Below are positions 15,797-29,039 of a DNA stretch of 64,000 nt, piece by piece. Each line of letters opens with the position of its first letter. The stretch's first letter is position 1. The DNA lies in the NCBI RefSeq assembly GCF_009914755.1, contig NC_060935.1; one strand, written 5' to 3'. The stretch comes from the human T2T-CHM13v2.0 reference genome, Homo sapiens. Made by a program: the position numbers and the translations under genes. The notes beneath the pieces were generated by a model, which worked only from the letters and a program-made list of their open reading frames with translations, was not told where the DNA came from and ran no database searches.

Positions 15797-15935
15797 CAGG
15801 GGTGACTAATTTTTTCTGCAAAGGACCAATAATTAATATTCTTTGCTTCTAGGCTAACCTCTGCCATTGTGGCACAAAAGCAATCATAGACAATCTGTAA
15901 ACTAAGGGGCAGGGCCAACTGTAGTTTTCCTGAAC
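15797..15935. mobile_element. MER58A-like fragment
   Basis: CAGGGGTGAC...TTTTCTGCAAAGGACCAATAATTAATATT... similarity. Confidence 0.55.
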
Positions 15936-17293
15936 TGTGGATTAGAAGGGGGGTCTCCCAACACCTCAGATCCATTCTGGCCTCAGCATGGCTCTCCTTC
16001 TGGAGGTCACAAAACCTCTTTAGTTTCAGAATCACAGTGGCATGAGGCAGGGTAGGGAAAATTACATTTGGGAAGAAGGCACCTAAAGCTAGGTGGCATG
16101 GACAAAATACAATTGAATAAGGATCCCAGTATCCTGAGTTATTTTGAATTTAGTTCATCTAAAAGTGGGCTAAAGTCAAAAGAAGTTCAGTTCAACATGG
16201 TTATGCTGGGCATCAGCTGTGCTGTTCATCTGCGGGGCTGATATTTAAGTGTTTAATGACTGGTATGGCCGGGGAACTGACCAGTTAATAAGGATGAGTG
16301 GCAGAAACAATCGGTAGGGACATGCCATTGCACATGGGTGCAAATCAGCTCTACGATGCAGACAGCCAAGCGGTACACAGGTGCAGCCTGGCAGTCAGGA
16401 AAGCAGCCCTGAGGCGGAGCTGGTGATCACAGATGTGCTGTAATGTTGGCAGACTCTTGAAAGGGAGGCCTGTGTGCAAAAGCATTTCCTCTACATATCT
16501 TTCACTAATGTTGGAAATTCCATCCGTAGACATCCATTTCTTTAGGTTAAGGATGCCACCCTTCTTTTAAAAACAAAACACGCTTGGAAGCATATATATA
16601 TATATATGTAGAAATCATTTTGAGTCAAGCAGTCTTTGTGAAATATTTGAATATGGATCATTTCTATCAGACCCTTTCCAGCAGTCATAGAGGAGAGATC
16701 TCAAAAGAGGAAAATACACAAAGTTTAAGTACATAAACGTTGTACTTTATACTTACTACATAAACTTTGTTATGTACTTTGTACATAAACTTTTACTTCA
16801 TTGGGGAATATGCTTTAGGGAGAAAAGGCCTTCAAATGAGAAGTGGGTTGGCACCCAGGAAGAACTTAGTCCACTTTAAATTTTGATCAGGGTTACCTTG
16901 AATATAAGAGCCATTTAAAAAGTGGAAACACAGGAAATCTCCTTGTTGTGACCGCTAAAGCTTAGCACTAAATTCACAACCTGCCTCTAGCGTGTGGATT
17001 ATGCCTCGGTTTTTATTTTTCTGCTTCTATTTTTCCTCCTACATCATTCCCGGGAAGTACTTGTTTGCTCCTTTTATATTGCATGGTTTTCACAAGCCAC
17101 CTGGAATTCTTTATGAAGCAAGATAGCTAGGTAGATATATACTCATCTATTTATTCAGTCATGTAACATGGTATACCTAATATGCACCAGACACCAATCT
17201 AGGTGGACAGAAGATAGCATCAGTTAGACTTCAATGGACTTATATAAAATGATTTTAAAAGAACAATAGAATTTTTTTCTTATTTTCTCACTA

Positions 17294-17500
<207 letters not shown>

Positions 17501-17557
17501 TTATATCAGCCTGGGGGATGGCAGACAGTGCACGTTTGCACTTCGACCTTGAGCTCC

Positions 17558-17564
17558 TTTTATA
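17558..17564 (-). promoter_or_regulatory. MMP20 TATA box
   Basis: TATAAAA (context CTATAAAAGG) on the minus strand about 80 nt upstream of the ATG. Confidence 0.85.
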
Positions 17565-17597
17565 GAGTCAAACAGGTCTGGACCCTCCGAGCAAGGA

Positions 17598-17604
17598 TGA
17601 TTCA
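17598..17604. promoter_or_regulatory. Proximal AP-1-like site of the MMP20 promoter
   Basis: TGATTCA/TGAATCA about 35-40 bp upstream of the TATA box, the usual position of the AP-1 site in clustered MMP promoters; one mismatch to TGA[CG]TCA. Confidence 0.5.
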
Positions 17605-18664
17605 TGTCTCAAACAGTAATTATACAGCTCATTTCTCTCCCTGATGATGGGGTAACACAACTGTACACAGGAATCAGGGAAAGCTTCATATTTTTTTTGT
17701 TATTTACCAAGTGGCAAAAGGAGAAAAACAGTCACTTTTAATGAAGTTGGTCAGCTAGTTACAAAAATTGAAGTAAACTTGATTGATTTGAACCCAACTC
17801 AACTGAAACATTTGATTAGTCTTCATTTGGGGGCCTTTTTCCATTCTGATTACAGAAAAGTTAGATGATTACAGTATAATTGAATTTGTCTTCCAAGTAA
17901 TCCCAAACTCCCCATGCATTCAACCCAATCGCCTGTATCTCCTGCATTCACTTCAAAATTTCTTAGTAGCAACTGCTGTTCATAATGACGGCTCTGAGAC
18001 ACATAAGATCCTGAATCATCAAGGCAAGATTACATTATACTGTGCTGACTTAGGGTGGAAAGTGAACTGGTAACTGTTAGAAAGCTTTTGGATGAATTAA
18101 GGCAAGAGTTACGTCTTCGTTAACCAAAACAATAGCCAGAACTCCCCAATCTCTGTGTACTCTGGTTAATTGGAGTCATATTGTTTTTCCTGGGTCTGAT
18201 TAAGATGGATTTGGATCCAGAGATGATATGGTGAAATGGTGTCATATGGTGGGAAAAGCACTTAGAGTCAGACAAAGCAAGACTAAATATTTAAAAAGAT
18301 ATTTCCTAGCTGTGTGATGTTGGGTATGTCATTTAATCTCTGAATATCAAGTTTTTTTTAATCTACAAAAGACTGACAATACTACTACTATGTATAAACT
18401 TTTCAGTGTTATGGAGTAACACATATAGCATGACATCTGCAAGCACCACTTGGCATCCACTAGATGTGGATTCAAATCCTAATTTTGATTTTAGACTAGA
18501 TTCAAGGTTATTCCTATAGTGAATACAGTGAATTCCTATAGTCTTTCTCACTCTGTTGCATTTTGATATGCTTTCTTTGCATGGAAGAGAAGGTGGTGGA
18601 GTTACAGCCAATGTTTGGTATCTAGTGTACAACCCCAGGCACTGAACAAGAGTTTGTCACACAT

Positions 18665-19022
18665 TGATATGGTTTGGCTCTGTGTCCCTAACCAAATCTC
18701 ATCTCGAATTGTAATCCCCATGTGTTGAGGGAGGGAGGTGATTGGATCATGGGGGTGGTTCCGTCATGCTGTTCTCATGACAATGAGTGAGTTCTCACAA
18801 GATATGATGGTTTTATAGGTGTTTGAAAGTTCCTCCATTGATCTTCTCTCTCCTGCTGCCTTGTCAAGAAGGTGCCTGCTTCCCCTTTGCCTTGCACCAT
18901 GATTCTAAGTTTCCTGAGGCCTCCCCAGCCATGTAAAACTGTGAGTCAACTAAGCCTCTTTCCTTTATAAATTACCCAGTCTCGGGTATTCCTTTATAGC
19001 AGTGTGAGAATGGACTAATACA
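18665..19022 (+). mobile_element. THE1 (THE1D-like) MaLR solo LTR
   Basis: TGATATGGTTTGGCTCTGTGTCC...GGACTAATACA; perfect 5-bp TSD CACAT. Confidence 0.92.
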
Positions 19023-22000
19023 CACATGCAAACAGAATTTCTGGCATGTACTGTGAGATAGACAAAACATGTGTCTCAGAAGAAGAAAAAAGAAAACCAC
19101 AGATTAGATTCATTCAACTAAATTGTAAGCTCTTTGAAGACTGTATTCTAAAAAATGTTACTTAATCAAGTTTGTTAAAAAAAAAGAATGAATGTACAAA
19201 CATATAGTAATCATTGCTTTTTGGTTTCAGGAAAGGAATAGGATATTGCAATAATTTTTCAAAATTTGCATTTATATGGTCTCCTGTCTTCTAGAGCCTT
19301 ATCTTCAACAGCTGCCAAAATTGAAGAACAAAAAGAATCTTTGAAACTTCCCTTCAACTGGTCATCCTCTTCCCTTTTTCTCTCCTTTAAACACTGTTCC
19401 AATTCATTATGATGGCCCCAAAGCAAAGACAGACATGGAAGTGAACATTGGAGTGGAAGGAATGACGGTAAGAAATTCTGGGACCAATAGAGAGAAAATA
19501 TTCTCACCTCTAGGACTCTAAAGAGTATTCTAGGTTCCGTTTTTGGAAGCACATGGAAGTTAATAATTGCCTATAGGGTGTGATCTACATACTTATAGAA
19601 GGTTCCAGTATCCACTTTTCTAACACACAAATGCAGTCAATCCCAATGTTCCTAAGTGCAACATTTTAATTATCAAGTGCAAAAATTTTGAAGAGGAATA
19701 GCAATTTATGTTCTTATAAGTCATTTATATATTAGTGTGACTAAATTTCACCTCAGAGTCAGCACTAGGCAACATCTTTGACCTTTCTAGAGAGAGAATA
19801 ATAGAGTAAATGCCTGGTAATTCCTCACTATGATTTCCTTTTCCTGATTTTTCTTTCTTCACAGGGGAGCAAATGTCTGCTTTCTTTCTATCATTCTTGT
19901 ATCAACTCTAAATTGAAACCCAAATCACTGAAATCTAAAAAATCACATGAAAGCAAGTCAATGACTAAAAGAAAATGAAATGAGAGACCCTATCAGAGAA
20001 ATATGAAAGGGAAAATACCACTGATTAAATAAGTTATGGGAAAAATAAATCATTACACCATTAAATGTATACGTCGACATACTGTATGTTGTTATGTGCT
20101 TATTGTCTTTCACCAGTAGAATGTAAGTCCCATAAGGGTAAGGACTCTATATATTCTTTTCACAGCAGTGTCTCTAGTGCATGGAACAGTTCCTAGCACA
20201 AAATAAACAGTTGTTGAATAAGTGAATGTATGAATGAGTGATTAATTAATGATTAAAGATAGAAAGAAGAAAAACAAGATTGTCCTTAGAGGGATAAATT
20301 TTAAGTCAACCCATATAATGGATCAAATGAAGGTGTGTAGCATCACCCTAAGAAACCAGAACCTTTATTAAACCCACATTATATGCCAGACATGTAGCCA
20401 AGTACCTTATGTACATTTTTCACACAACTTTATGACACGCTGTTTTTCAAGTGAAGAAATGGGCTCATGGAGGATAAATGATTTGTTAACTTCATATAGA
20501 TATTAAGGCGATGGCTCCAGGATTTTCACACAGCTCTGTTAGACATTGAAGCCTGTGTTCTTAACAGTTACAGGAAGCATACGTTGGTGCCTTCGTGGAG
20601 CAGTGACTTGGGAACATGGTATTTCAAGGTGGCTGGCAGGGAGATCCCTAGGCTTATTCCAGCTGCCCTGCAGCTCCCTGGCACTCCCGTGTGTCTGGCC
20701 TGAGCAGAAGTTGGGCTGACCAGACTGCGCAAGCTCCCTGGCTGGTGACGATGTTTCTTATTGCGAATGACTCCTTTGTTACTGTGGTTTCTGTTTTTCA
20801 ATCTTCAGTGAATTTAACTTTCATAAATGATTAAATTTCTAGATTTCCAAAGAGTTCAGTTACAGCCTGGTAAATTTTTCAGAGTAAGGGATGCTTCCCA
20901 TTGAGGCAGGATTCTGAGTGATCAGTCACCAGCTACGTTTTATTCTATACCCAGACTTACCATGGCCCTTCTTTCAAATGACTCCAGTAAATATATACCA
21001 CTTTGAATGGCCAACTCTAAAAAAAGTTTATTTATATAACTTGTAAATCATATCATATTCTATTTTGTAATGGTTTTTTTAAGTTTAGAAATTTATGATT
21101 AGAATACAGAATAACATGAACCATATTCTCAATTTCTAGAGCACACATATTCTAGAATCAGATGGAATAAAAATAGAGGAAAGAAAAAAGTGTATTTAAA
21201 ACCAAAGACTACCCCCAGAATCTCATATAGAAAATGAGTGAATGATCTTACCTCATTTGTGAGAATGAGAAGCTCAGAGAGGACCTGGCAAGCTTATATC
21301 CAGAAGCCAACTGGTTTGTTTTCACCAAGAACAGAAAAAGAAAGAGAAAAAGGAAGGGAAGGGAAGAAAAAAAAATACACTTACTTTGTACTGTAGGTAA
21401 CTTTGGTTAGAGAGGAAGAAGCAAACAGCCTTCTGATTTGGCAATTATTAGCATTAAAATGAACTATTAAAGAAGGTTGTGAGGTTGCCTTCAGCAGTCT
21501 TTGAGTATAGGATAGAACATCACGCTTTTAGAAAAGATTTGGTTCAGTGGGGTTTTGCCTATCTGCTCAGGCTTGGGGTATGTGAAAAGAACTTAGATTA
21601 GATTGCTCTGCCAAATTTTATTCATATATATATATATATATATACACACACGCAAATATATATAATTTATAAATACTTATTGATATAATTTTTACATATA
21701 CAATAAGTAAAATACCTTCATATTTTCAACAAAGATTTATTAAGTATCAGTTGTTTGTTAGGCACCAGGAATACAGAGATAGGAGACACTGTTTTAACAC
21801 TCTAGGAGCTCAAAATTTACTGCTGCAATAAAATTGAACTTGGAGTAAAATCAGATAAAGATCGACTTAATCTTAGTGATAAAAATGTGTCTTTACATTG
21901 CAAATTGGTAGAATCCTTCTAAAAAAGTATAAATGATTTAGCAATGTGTAAAATATTAAAAGGACAATTTTAACCAAAAAGGCAAATAAAAATTACACAA

Positions 22001-22295
22001 CATTTGATTTTGTATCTGCCAAGGAGAAGTATATAGGCAAAAAAAAAAAAAAAAAAAAAAAAAGGAATAAAAGGAAACCTGGGGTAAAGAAAACAGTAGT
22101 GTGAGAGGGTAGGGCCTTACACCTACCAATTCTTATAAAATTTCCTTTAATGCTACCATGCATTACATTTCAAAACAGTAAGTGAAAGTGTGAAAGACTA
22201 TATCAACGTACCCTTTATATTTGTGCTTGAGTAAACAGAAGACATACATGATGAGCTCAGTGGCATATTTAACTCATTCTTTTGTTCAGTTGTGA

Positions 22296-22925
22296 TTCTT
22301 CTTTCTATTTACTCAGTCTAGAACTCTTGTATTTATTCTACATGCTGGCACTAGACTTAGTCCTGGAGGTACAAAAGGCAAATAAAACCTGTCCTTAACC
22401 AGAGTCTTAGAATCTCCAGGGAGAGACTCAGATATACACTCAAAATACCTTACAGTGTAATTAGTAAAAAAAAAAAAAAGAAAGGTATTTAAAGGTCCAA
22501 ATGAGGGCAGAAGAGGGAAAGCCCATCTCTGCCTGGGCAGCTGAGAATGAGAGTAAAATGGAGGAAAGTAGGGGCCAGGGCGGACTTTCCATGGGGATGG
22601 GGCTTTAGTTGAGGGCTGATTGCTAATGGAATTAGAAGTCACCTGCAAGAAGGGTGCAGTGAGAAGGAAGGAGAGTGACAGGTAGTGGGAAGGGGGAAAT
22701 TCCAAGCAGATGAGGCGATGAGGTAAGGAGATGTTAAAGAAGAGCATCTCTTCTAAGAAACTGAAGATATTTCTATGTACAAGGCAGTTTGGGGGCAGCC
22801 AACAGGAGGTGGGCAGAAAAGAAAGGCAGAGACCGGTCTGTTGGAGGACGCCTCTCACCCACAGTTCCAGGTACTGACACAGAAAAGCAGAGGCCAGGAG
22901 TCATTTGCCGGGTGAACCTTGGTCA
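22296..22925 (+). repeat. Donor copy of a ~625-bp near-identical local duplication (lies in old L2-like sequence)
   Basis: Matches 28416-29039 except for 4 substitutions and an A14 vs A8 tract. Confidence 0.97.
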
Positions 22926-23746
22926 AAGGGAAAGCCAGAGAGCAATTTCCAGCACAAGCTGCAGATCCAAAGGGCAGGACTGACATGAGGCTCCAGGGTG
23001 CAGAGCTGGAATATGGTTGGCAAAACAGAGAAGGCAGAAGATGGGCAGAATGGCATGGAACAAATCCGGAGCAGCCACAGTGCAGCAAAGGCTTGGAGGG
23101 CTTGTGGGGTTTTATTTAAAGGGCCTGGAGAGGAGTGTGCTGGGCAACGTCACAGGCATCTTGTGTGCCAGGCTAAGGCATCTAGACATTAATGGTTTGT
23201 GATGGGAAACCACTGGAGAGTTTCTTCCCCAGCAATGACATGATGAGGTTTGCATTTACAGGAAGATTGCTCTGAAAGGAGCATGCGGGATGGATCGGAG
23301 GGGAGTGAGGATGGAGGCTGCCGGGGGCACCAAGGGGAGGGTTATAGGAGGTCCAGTCACAAGGCTTACCGTTATGTTTATCTTAGGTCATGAACTGTGA
23401 GAGACGAGCTGTCAGTATAAAGAGCATTTTGTTTATTCTTGTAAAATCTCTGGCATATATTGCAATGATCACCAATGTGAGCTTTTGAGATTGGATAGTA
23501 AATGTGTTTACAGCTGCCTGTGTAGAGGGCGGGATGTCAAAAGTCCCATTAGAGCACATTCCACTTGCCCAGTCATTTTAGTGAGTCAATTTGCTAAATT
23601 ATAGACTTATTTCAGCATACAAATCAGCAATTCTGGAAGCTGATAGTTTGCCTGGCAGCTTCTTTTGAACATCTCCATTTTTTCTTAGAGTGTTGTCTAC
23701 AGGTAAAATCAATTTAACTATTTTGAAAGATCTACCTTATCCCCAG

Positions 23747-24096
23747 TGCTATCGTCTGAATGTTTGTGTTGCCCACCCCCCCCACCCAAATTCATATGTT
23801 GAAATTCTCGCTCCCAAGGTGATAGCACTAGTAGGTGGGGCCTTTGGGGTGTGATTAGGCTATGAGGCTGCAGCCCTCGTGATTGGAATAAGTGTCCTTA
23901 TTAAAGATGCTCCGGGGAGCTGCCTTGCCCCCTCCAGCAAGTAAGGACACAGCAGAAAGGCACCGTCTATGTATCAGGGAAAGCTTCCTTGATCTTGGGT
24001 GTTCCAGGCTCCATAACTGTGAGAAATAAATTTTTGTTGTTTATAGGCCACCTAGTTTATGGTATTTTGTTATAGCGACCCAAATAAACTAAGACA
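23747..24096 (+). mobile_element. MLT1A-like MaLR solo LTR
   Basis: TGCTAT.GTCTGAATGTTTGTG...AACTGTGAGAAATAAATT...ACTAAGACA. Confidence 0.8.
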
Positions 24097-24367
24097 AACC
24101 TGGAGCATATTGTGGTGCCAGGTAGTAGAATGATGAAGGACACGATCCAGCTTGTTGGAGCCCCCTCTGGGGTAATCTAAGACACTTTGAGCATCAAAAT
24201 CCGTAATGATAGTAATGGATTGTGGTCCTTTGAATGAAATAAAAACTCATGAGTCTGTACTGATATAAACAAGCAATAATGGGGAGAAGAGAAAGCGCTT
24301 CCTTACGGTAAAAAGGTAACATAAATACATGTAGAAAGAATGATGGCTTTAGAAAATATGCATTTGG

Positions 24368-25316
24368 TCAACAGGGAAGTGCAAACCAAAACCACAGTGA
24401 GATATCATCTTACCCCAGTAAAAATGGCTGCTATCAGAAAGACAAAAAATAGCAGATGCTTGTGAGGATGCAGAGAAAGAGATGCGCTAATACACTGTTG
24501 GTGGAAATGTAATTTGGTATGGCCACTATGGAAAACAGTATGAATGTTTCTCAAAAAACTAAAAATAGATCTGCCATGTGATCCAGCAATCCCACTGCTG
24601 GGTAAATATCCAAAAGAAAGGAAATTCATATGTTAAAGGGGTGTCTTCATGTCCATGTGTATTGTGACTATTCACAATAGCCAAGATACGGAATCAACCA
24701 ACGTGTCCATCAATGGATGAATGGATAAAGGAATGCGGCATATATACACAATGGAATACTATTCAAGTGTAAAAAAGAATGAAATCCTGTCATTTGCCAC
24801 AACGTGGATGGAACTGGATGGAGGTTGTTACGTTAAGTGAAATGAACCAGGCACAGAAAGACAAATATGACCTGTTCTCACTCCATAAGTCGGAGCTAAA
24901 AAAAGTTAATCTCACAGAGGCAGAGATATATGCTCTGGAGGACATTATGCTAAGTGAAATAAGGCAGTCACAGAACAAATACTGCATGATTCCACTTATT
25001 AATACATGGAATACTTAAAATAGTTAAACTCAGCCAGGCATGGTGGCTCAGGCCTGTAATCCCAGCACTGTGGGAGGCCGAAGCCGGAGGATCACTTGAG
25101 GTCAGGAGTTTGAGACTGGCCTGGCCAACATGATGAAACCCTGTCTCTAATAAAATGCAAAAAAATTAGCAGGGCATGGTGGCGTGCGCCTATAGTTCCA
25201 GCTACTTGGGGGGCTGAAGGCAGGAGAATAGCTGGAAGCTGGGAGGCAGAGGTTGCAGTGAGCCGAGATCGCGCCACTGCACTCCAGCCTGAGCGACAGA
25301 GCGAGACTCCATCTCA

Positions 25317-25353
<37 letters not shown>

Positions 25354-25466
25354 CTAAAAAATAAATAAAATAGTTAAACTCATAGAAACAGAGCAGAATG
25401 GTGGTTGCCAAGGGTTGGGTTGGGGTGGGGGAGAATAGAGAGTTGCCATTTAATGGGAATATAAAG
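24368..25466 (+). mobile_element. Old L1 (L1MA/L1MB-type) 3' fragments, interrupted by an Alu
   Basis: ORF2 end and 3'UTR motifs GATCCAGCAATCCCACTGCTGGGTA, TGTCCATCAATGGATGAATGGATAAAG. Confidence 0.85.
25033..25366 (+). mobile_element. Alu (AluS-type)
   Basis: Full dimer; perfect 16-bp TSD AAAATAGTTAAACTCA. Confidence 0.95.
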
Positions 25467-26520
25467 ATCACATATGTGCTGATGAAACCTTAATTTTTAT
25501 CGTCAGCTCAGATTTTGTTTTAAGATATATTCAAGGGTTTCCTGCAATCTCCGCTTGAATCTCTCCCCACAGGGACTATGAAGTGGCCACCTACTATACT
25601 GTCTGCTTAGAGTAGCCACACTGGTCCAATGGGAAGCTATCCTTTCAAACATGTAATTTGAATGAAATTTCTTATTGGCTCTGTCTCTCTGGAAGAGAGG
25701 GAAATGCTCCAGGTAAGAAAGGCCCCTGACCTGTGCTGGGCCAATCATAGTTCCTCATTTTCCTGGCCACCTTCTATTGGTCCAAGAATGGGCCAATCAG
25801 TGACCCAACTGGATTAATTAGACTGGTTTCCCAGTATTACTGAATTTGGGATTAGAGATTGGGCTCTTTCTGGGGATGGAGAAGTAAGGTTCATGAATCG
25901 TCTGTGGTCATGTTCCCTGCTCAGTGGAAATGCCAGGTGGCAGTAGAAGAGAATGAAGCAGAGATGAGAGAAAGAAAGAGAAAGGGAGACTGAAAGTGTT
26001 TCATCCTCAGCGAGGCTCAGTAAGCATTCATTTTCTGTAGTTATGTGAGCCTCCCAGTAAGTTTCCCCTTGATCTTAACTAATTCTAGTGGGATTCCTGT
26101 CACTTGCATTTCACCTTCAAATTGAGGTCAATTCAGAATAAAACTTGCCATCTTTCGCAACATGCCTTTTCTGCCCGTTCCCCCACCAGCTCCCCCGCTT
26201 ATTTCTCCTCTTATATTCTCCAGTTTAGCAATAGCACTAGCCTTAGCTGATGTGTACTGGTAGAACTGTCATGGTTGCTCGTGGGCTTTTGCTGTGTCAG
26301 TACCAATGCCATGCTGGTTGAAAAATACTTCGAATATTACCCCTGCCAACGTCTATCCAGAAACCAGGAATTTATTCTTGATTCCAGCTTCCCTCTATCT
26401 CTATGTATTTTTCCTCAGCTTTTGAAATTTGAAATGCTTTACTTATTTAATGTTTACTACTGTATTTTTAAATTTTGCATTTTGAAATGTTTTCGGGCTT
26501 ACAAAAAAGTTGCAAAAATT

Positions 26521-26810
26521 GGCCGGGCATGGTGGCTCACGCCTGTAATCCCAGCACTTTGGGAGGCCGAGGTGGGCAGATCACGAGGTCAAGAGATTGA
26601 GACCATCCTGGCCAACATAGTGAAACCCCATCTCTACTAAAAATAAAAAAATTAGCTGGGCATTGTGGCACGCCTGTAGTCCCACTACTCAGGAGGCTGT
26701 GGCAGGAGAATTGCTTGAACCTGAAAGGCGGAGGTTGCAGTGAGTCAAGATCAGGCCACTGTACTCCAGCCTGGTGACAGAGCGAGGCTATGTCTCAAAA
26801 AAAAAAAAAA
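26521..26810 (+). mobile_element. Alu (AluSc-like)
   Basis: GATCACGAGGTCAAGAGAT diagnostic; TSD-like AAAGTT(G/A)CAAAAAT. Confidence 0.95.
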
Positions 26811-26941
26811 GTTACAAAAATAATACAAAGAATTCACCTATACTCTTCATCCAGATTCTTCAAATGTTAACATTTTACATAATCTCAGTCTCACTGTCAA
26901 AATCAGGAAACTAGCTTTGACAACAATGCTATTATCTAAAG

Positions 26942-27422
26942 CAATGGTTCACAAAATGTGGTCCAGGAACCCCTAGGGGTTCTCAAAAAACTTTCAGGGA
27001 AACTATCAGGTCCAAACTTTGCTCATAATAATGCTACATATGATTTTCCTTCTTCGCTTTCATTTTCTCATGCGTTTTCCTGAGGCTTTATGACATGTGA
27101 ACGGACTGTGTGCACAGGCAGAGAAACAAATTTCCTTCCAGAAAGCCAGACATTAAATGGGTTTTCAGAAGTGTAAAACAATGCCACTCTTCACAATAAT
27201 TGTTCTTTTTGGAAAATATAGTTATTTTTTACAAAAATATGTTACATTAAGAAGTAATATATTATTATTTTTAAATAATAATATTAAATATTAATTGTCA
27301 ATTTTAATTTATAATATGCTTAATGTGATCACTATAGCCAGCCATAAACAAGAGCTTTTGGGGTTCTTAATATATTTTAGACAGGTAAAGGGATCATAAG
27401 ACCAAAATGTTGAGAACTGCTG
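26942..27422. mobile_element. hAT-Charlie-type DNA transposon fossil
   Basis: Termini CAATGGTTCACAAAATG ... ATGTTGAGAACTGCTG; TSD-like ATCTAA flanks. Confidence 0.65.
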
Positions 27423-27589
27423 ATCTAATTCATGGACCCAATTCTTTCTAATTTTTTTTTTCTTATCTGGGATCCAATCCAGGATTTTACATTGGATTTA
27501 GTCATCGTGCCCCTTTATTTTCCTTTAGTTTGAAACATTTCCTCTTTCTTTATCATTCTTTATTTATCTGTCTTGATACTTGATATTTA

Positions 27590-27958
<369 letters not shown>

Positions 27959-28415
27959 TTAATGCCTCCTCGTGGTTAAATTCAGATCATACATTTTTTG
28001 TAAGAATACCACAGAACCTGTGCTGTGTCCCTTTGGTACCTCACATCAGGAGACAAATGATGTCAATTTCTTTCATTACTGGTGATGTTAAATTATAACT
28101 TGGTCCCGTGAAGTCTGTCAGATTTTTTCGCCTGCTGTTTTACTCTTGTGAGAAGACACTATGAGACTTATAGAGCTATTCTGTATGTCATTCATGATAC
28201 TCCTGTCCACTGATTTTAGCAACTGCTGTTGATTCTTGCCTGAAACAATTTTTACAGAGGTGATTTTCTATTTTCTTTGTTCCTTCTGCATTGTTTCATT
28301 GGAATTCAGTGGTAAGGAAGTGCTTTTTCTTCTCCCTCACCTGTTTACTTATCCATTCCATTATAAGAGTTATAGAATCAAGGATTCTTATTTTATTCTC
28401 TAGATTATAATCTGT

Positions 28416-29039
28416 TTCTTCTTTCTATTTACTCAGTCTAGAACTCTTGTATTTATTCTACATGCTGGCACTAGACTTAGTCCTGGAGGTACAAAAGGCA
28501 AATAAAACCTGTCCTTAACCAGAGTCTTAGAATCTCCAGGGAGAGACTCAGATATACACTCAAAATACCTTACAGTGTAATTAGTAAAAAAAAGAAAGGT
28601 ATTTAAAGGTCCAAATGAGGGCAGAAGAGGGAAAGCCCATCTCTGCCTGGGCAGCTGAGAATGAGAGTAAAATGGAGGAAAGTAGGGGCCAGGGCGGACT
28701 TTCCATGGGGATGGGGCTTTAGTTGAGGGCTGATTGCTAATGGAATTAGAACTCACCTGCAAGAAGGGTGCAGTGAGAAGGAAGGAGAGTGACAGGGAGT
28801 GGGAAGGGGGAAATTCCAAGCAGACGAGGTGATGAGGTAAGGAGATGTTAAAGAAGAGCATCTCTTCTAAGAAACTGAAGATATTTCTATGTACAAGGCA
28901 GTTTGGGGGCAGCCAACAGGAGGTGGGCAGAAAAGAAAGGCAGAGACCGGTCTGTTGGAGGACGCCTCTCACCCACAGTTCCAGGTACTGACACAGAAAA
29001 GCAGAGGCCAGGAGTCATTTGCCGGGTGAACCTTGGTCA
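28416..29039 (+). repeat. Inserted copy of 22296-22925 flanked by a 15-bp target-site duplication
   Basis: AGATTATAATCTGTT at 28402-28416 and 29041-29055. Confidence 0.97.
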
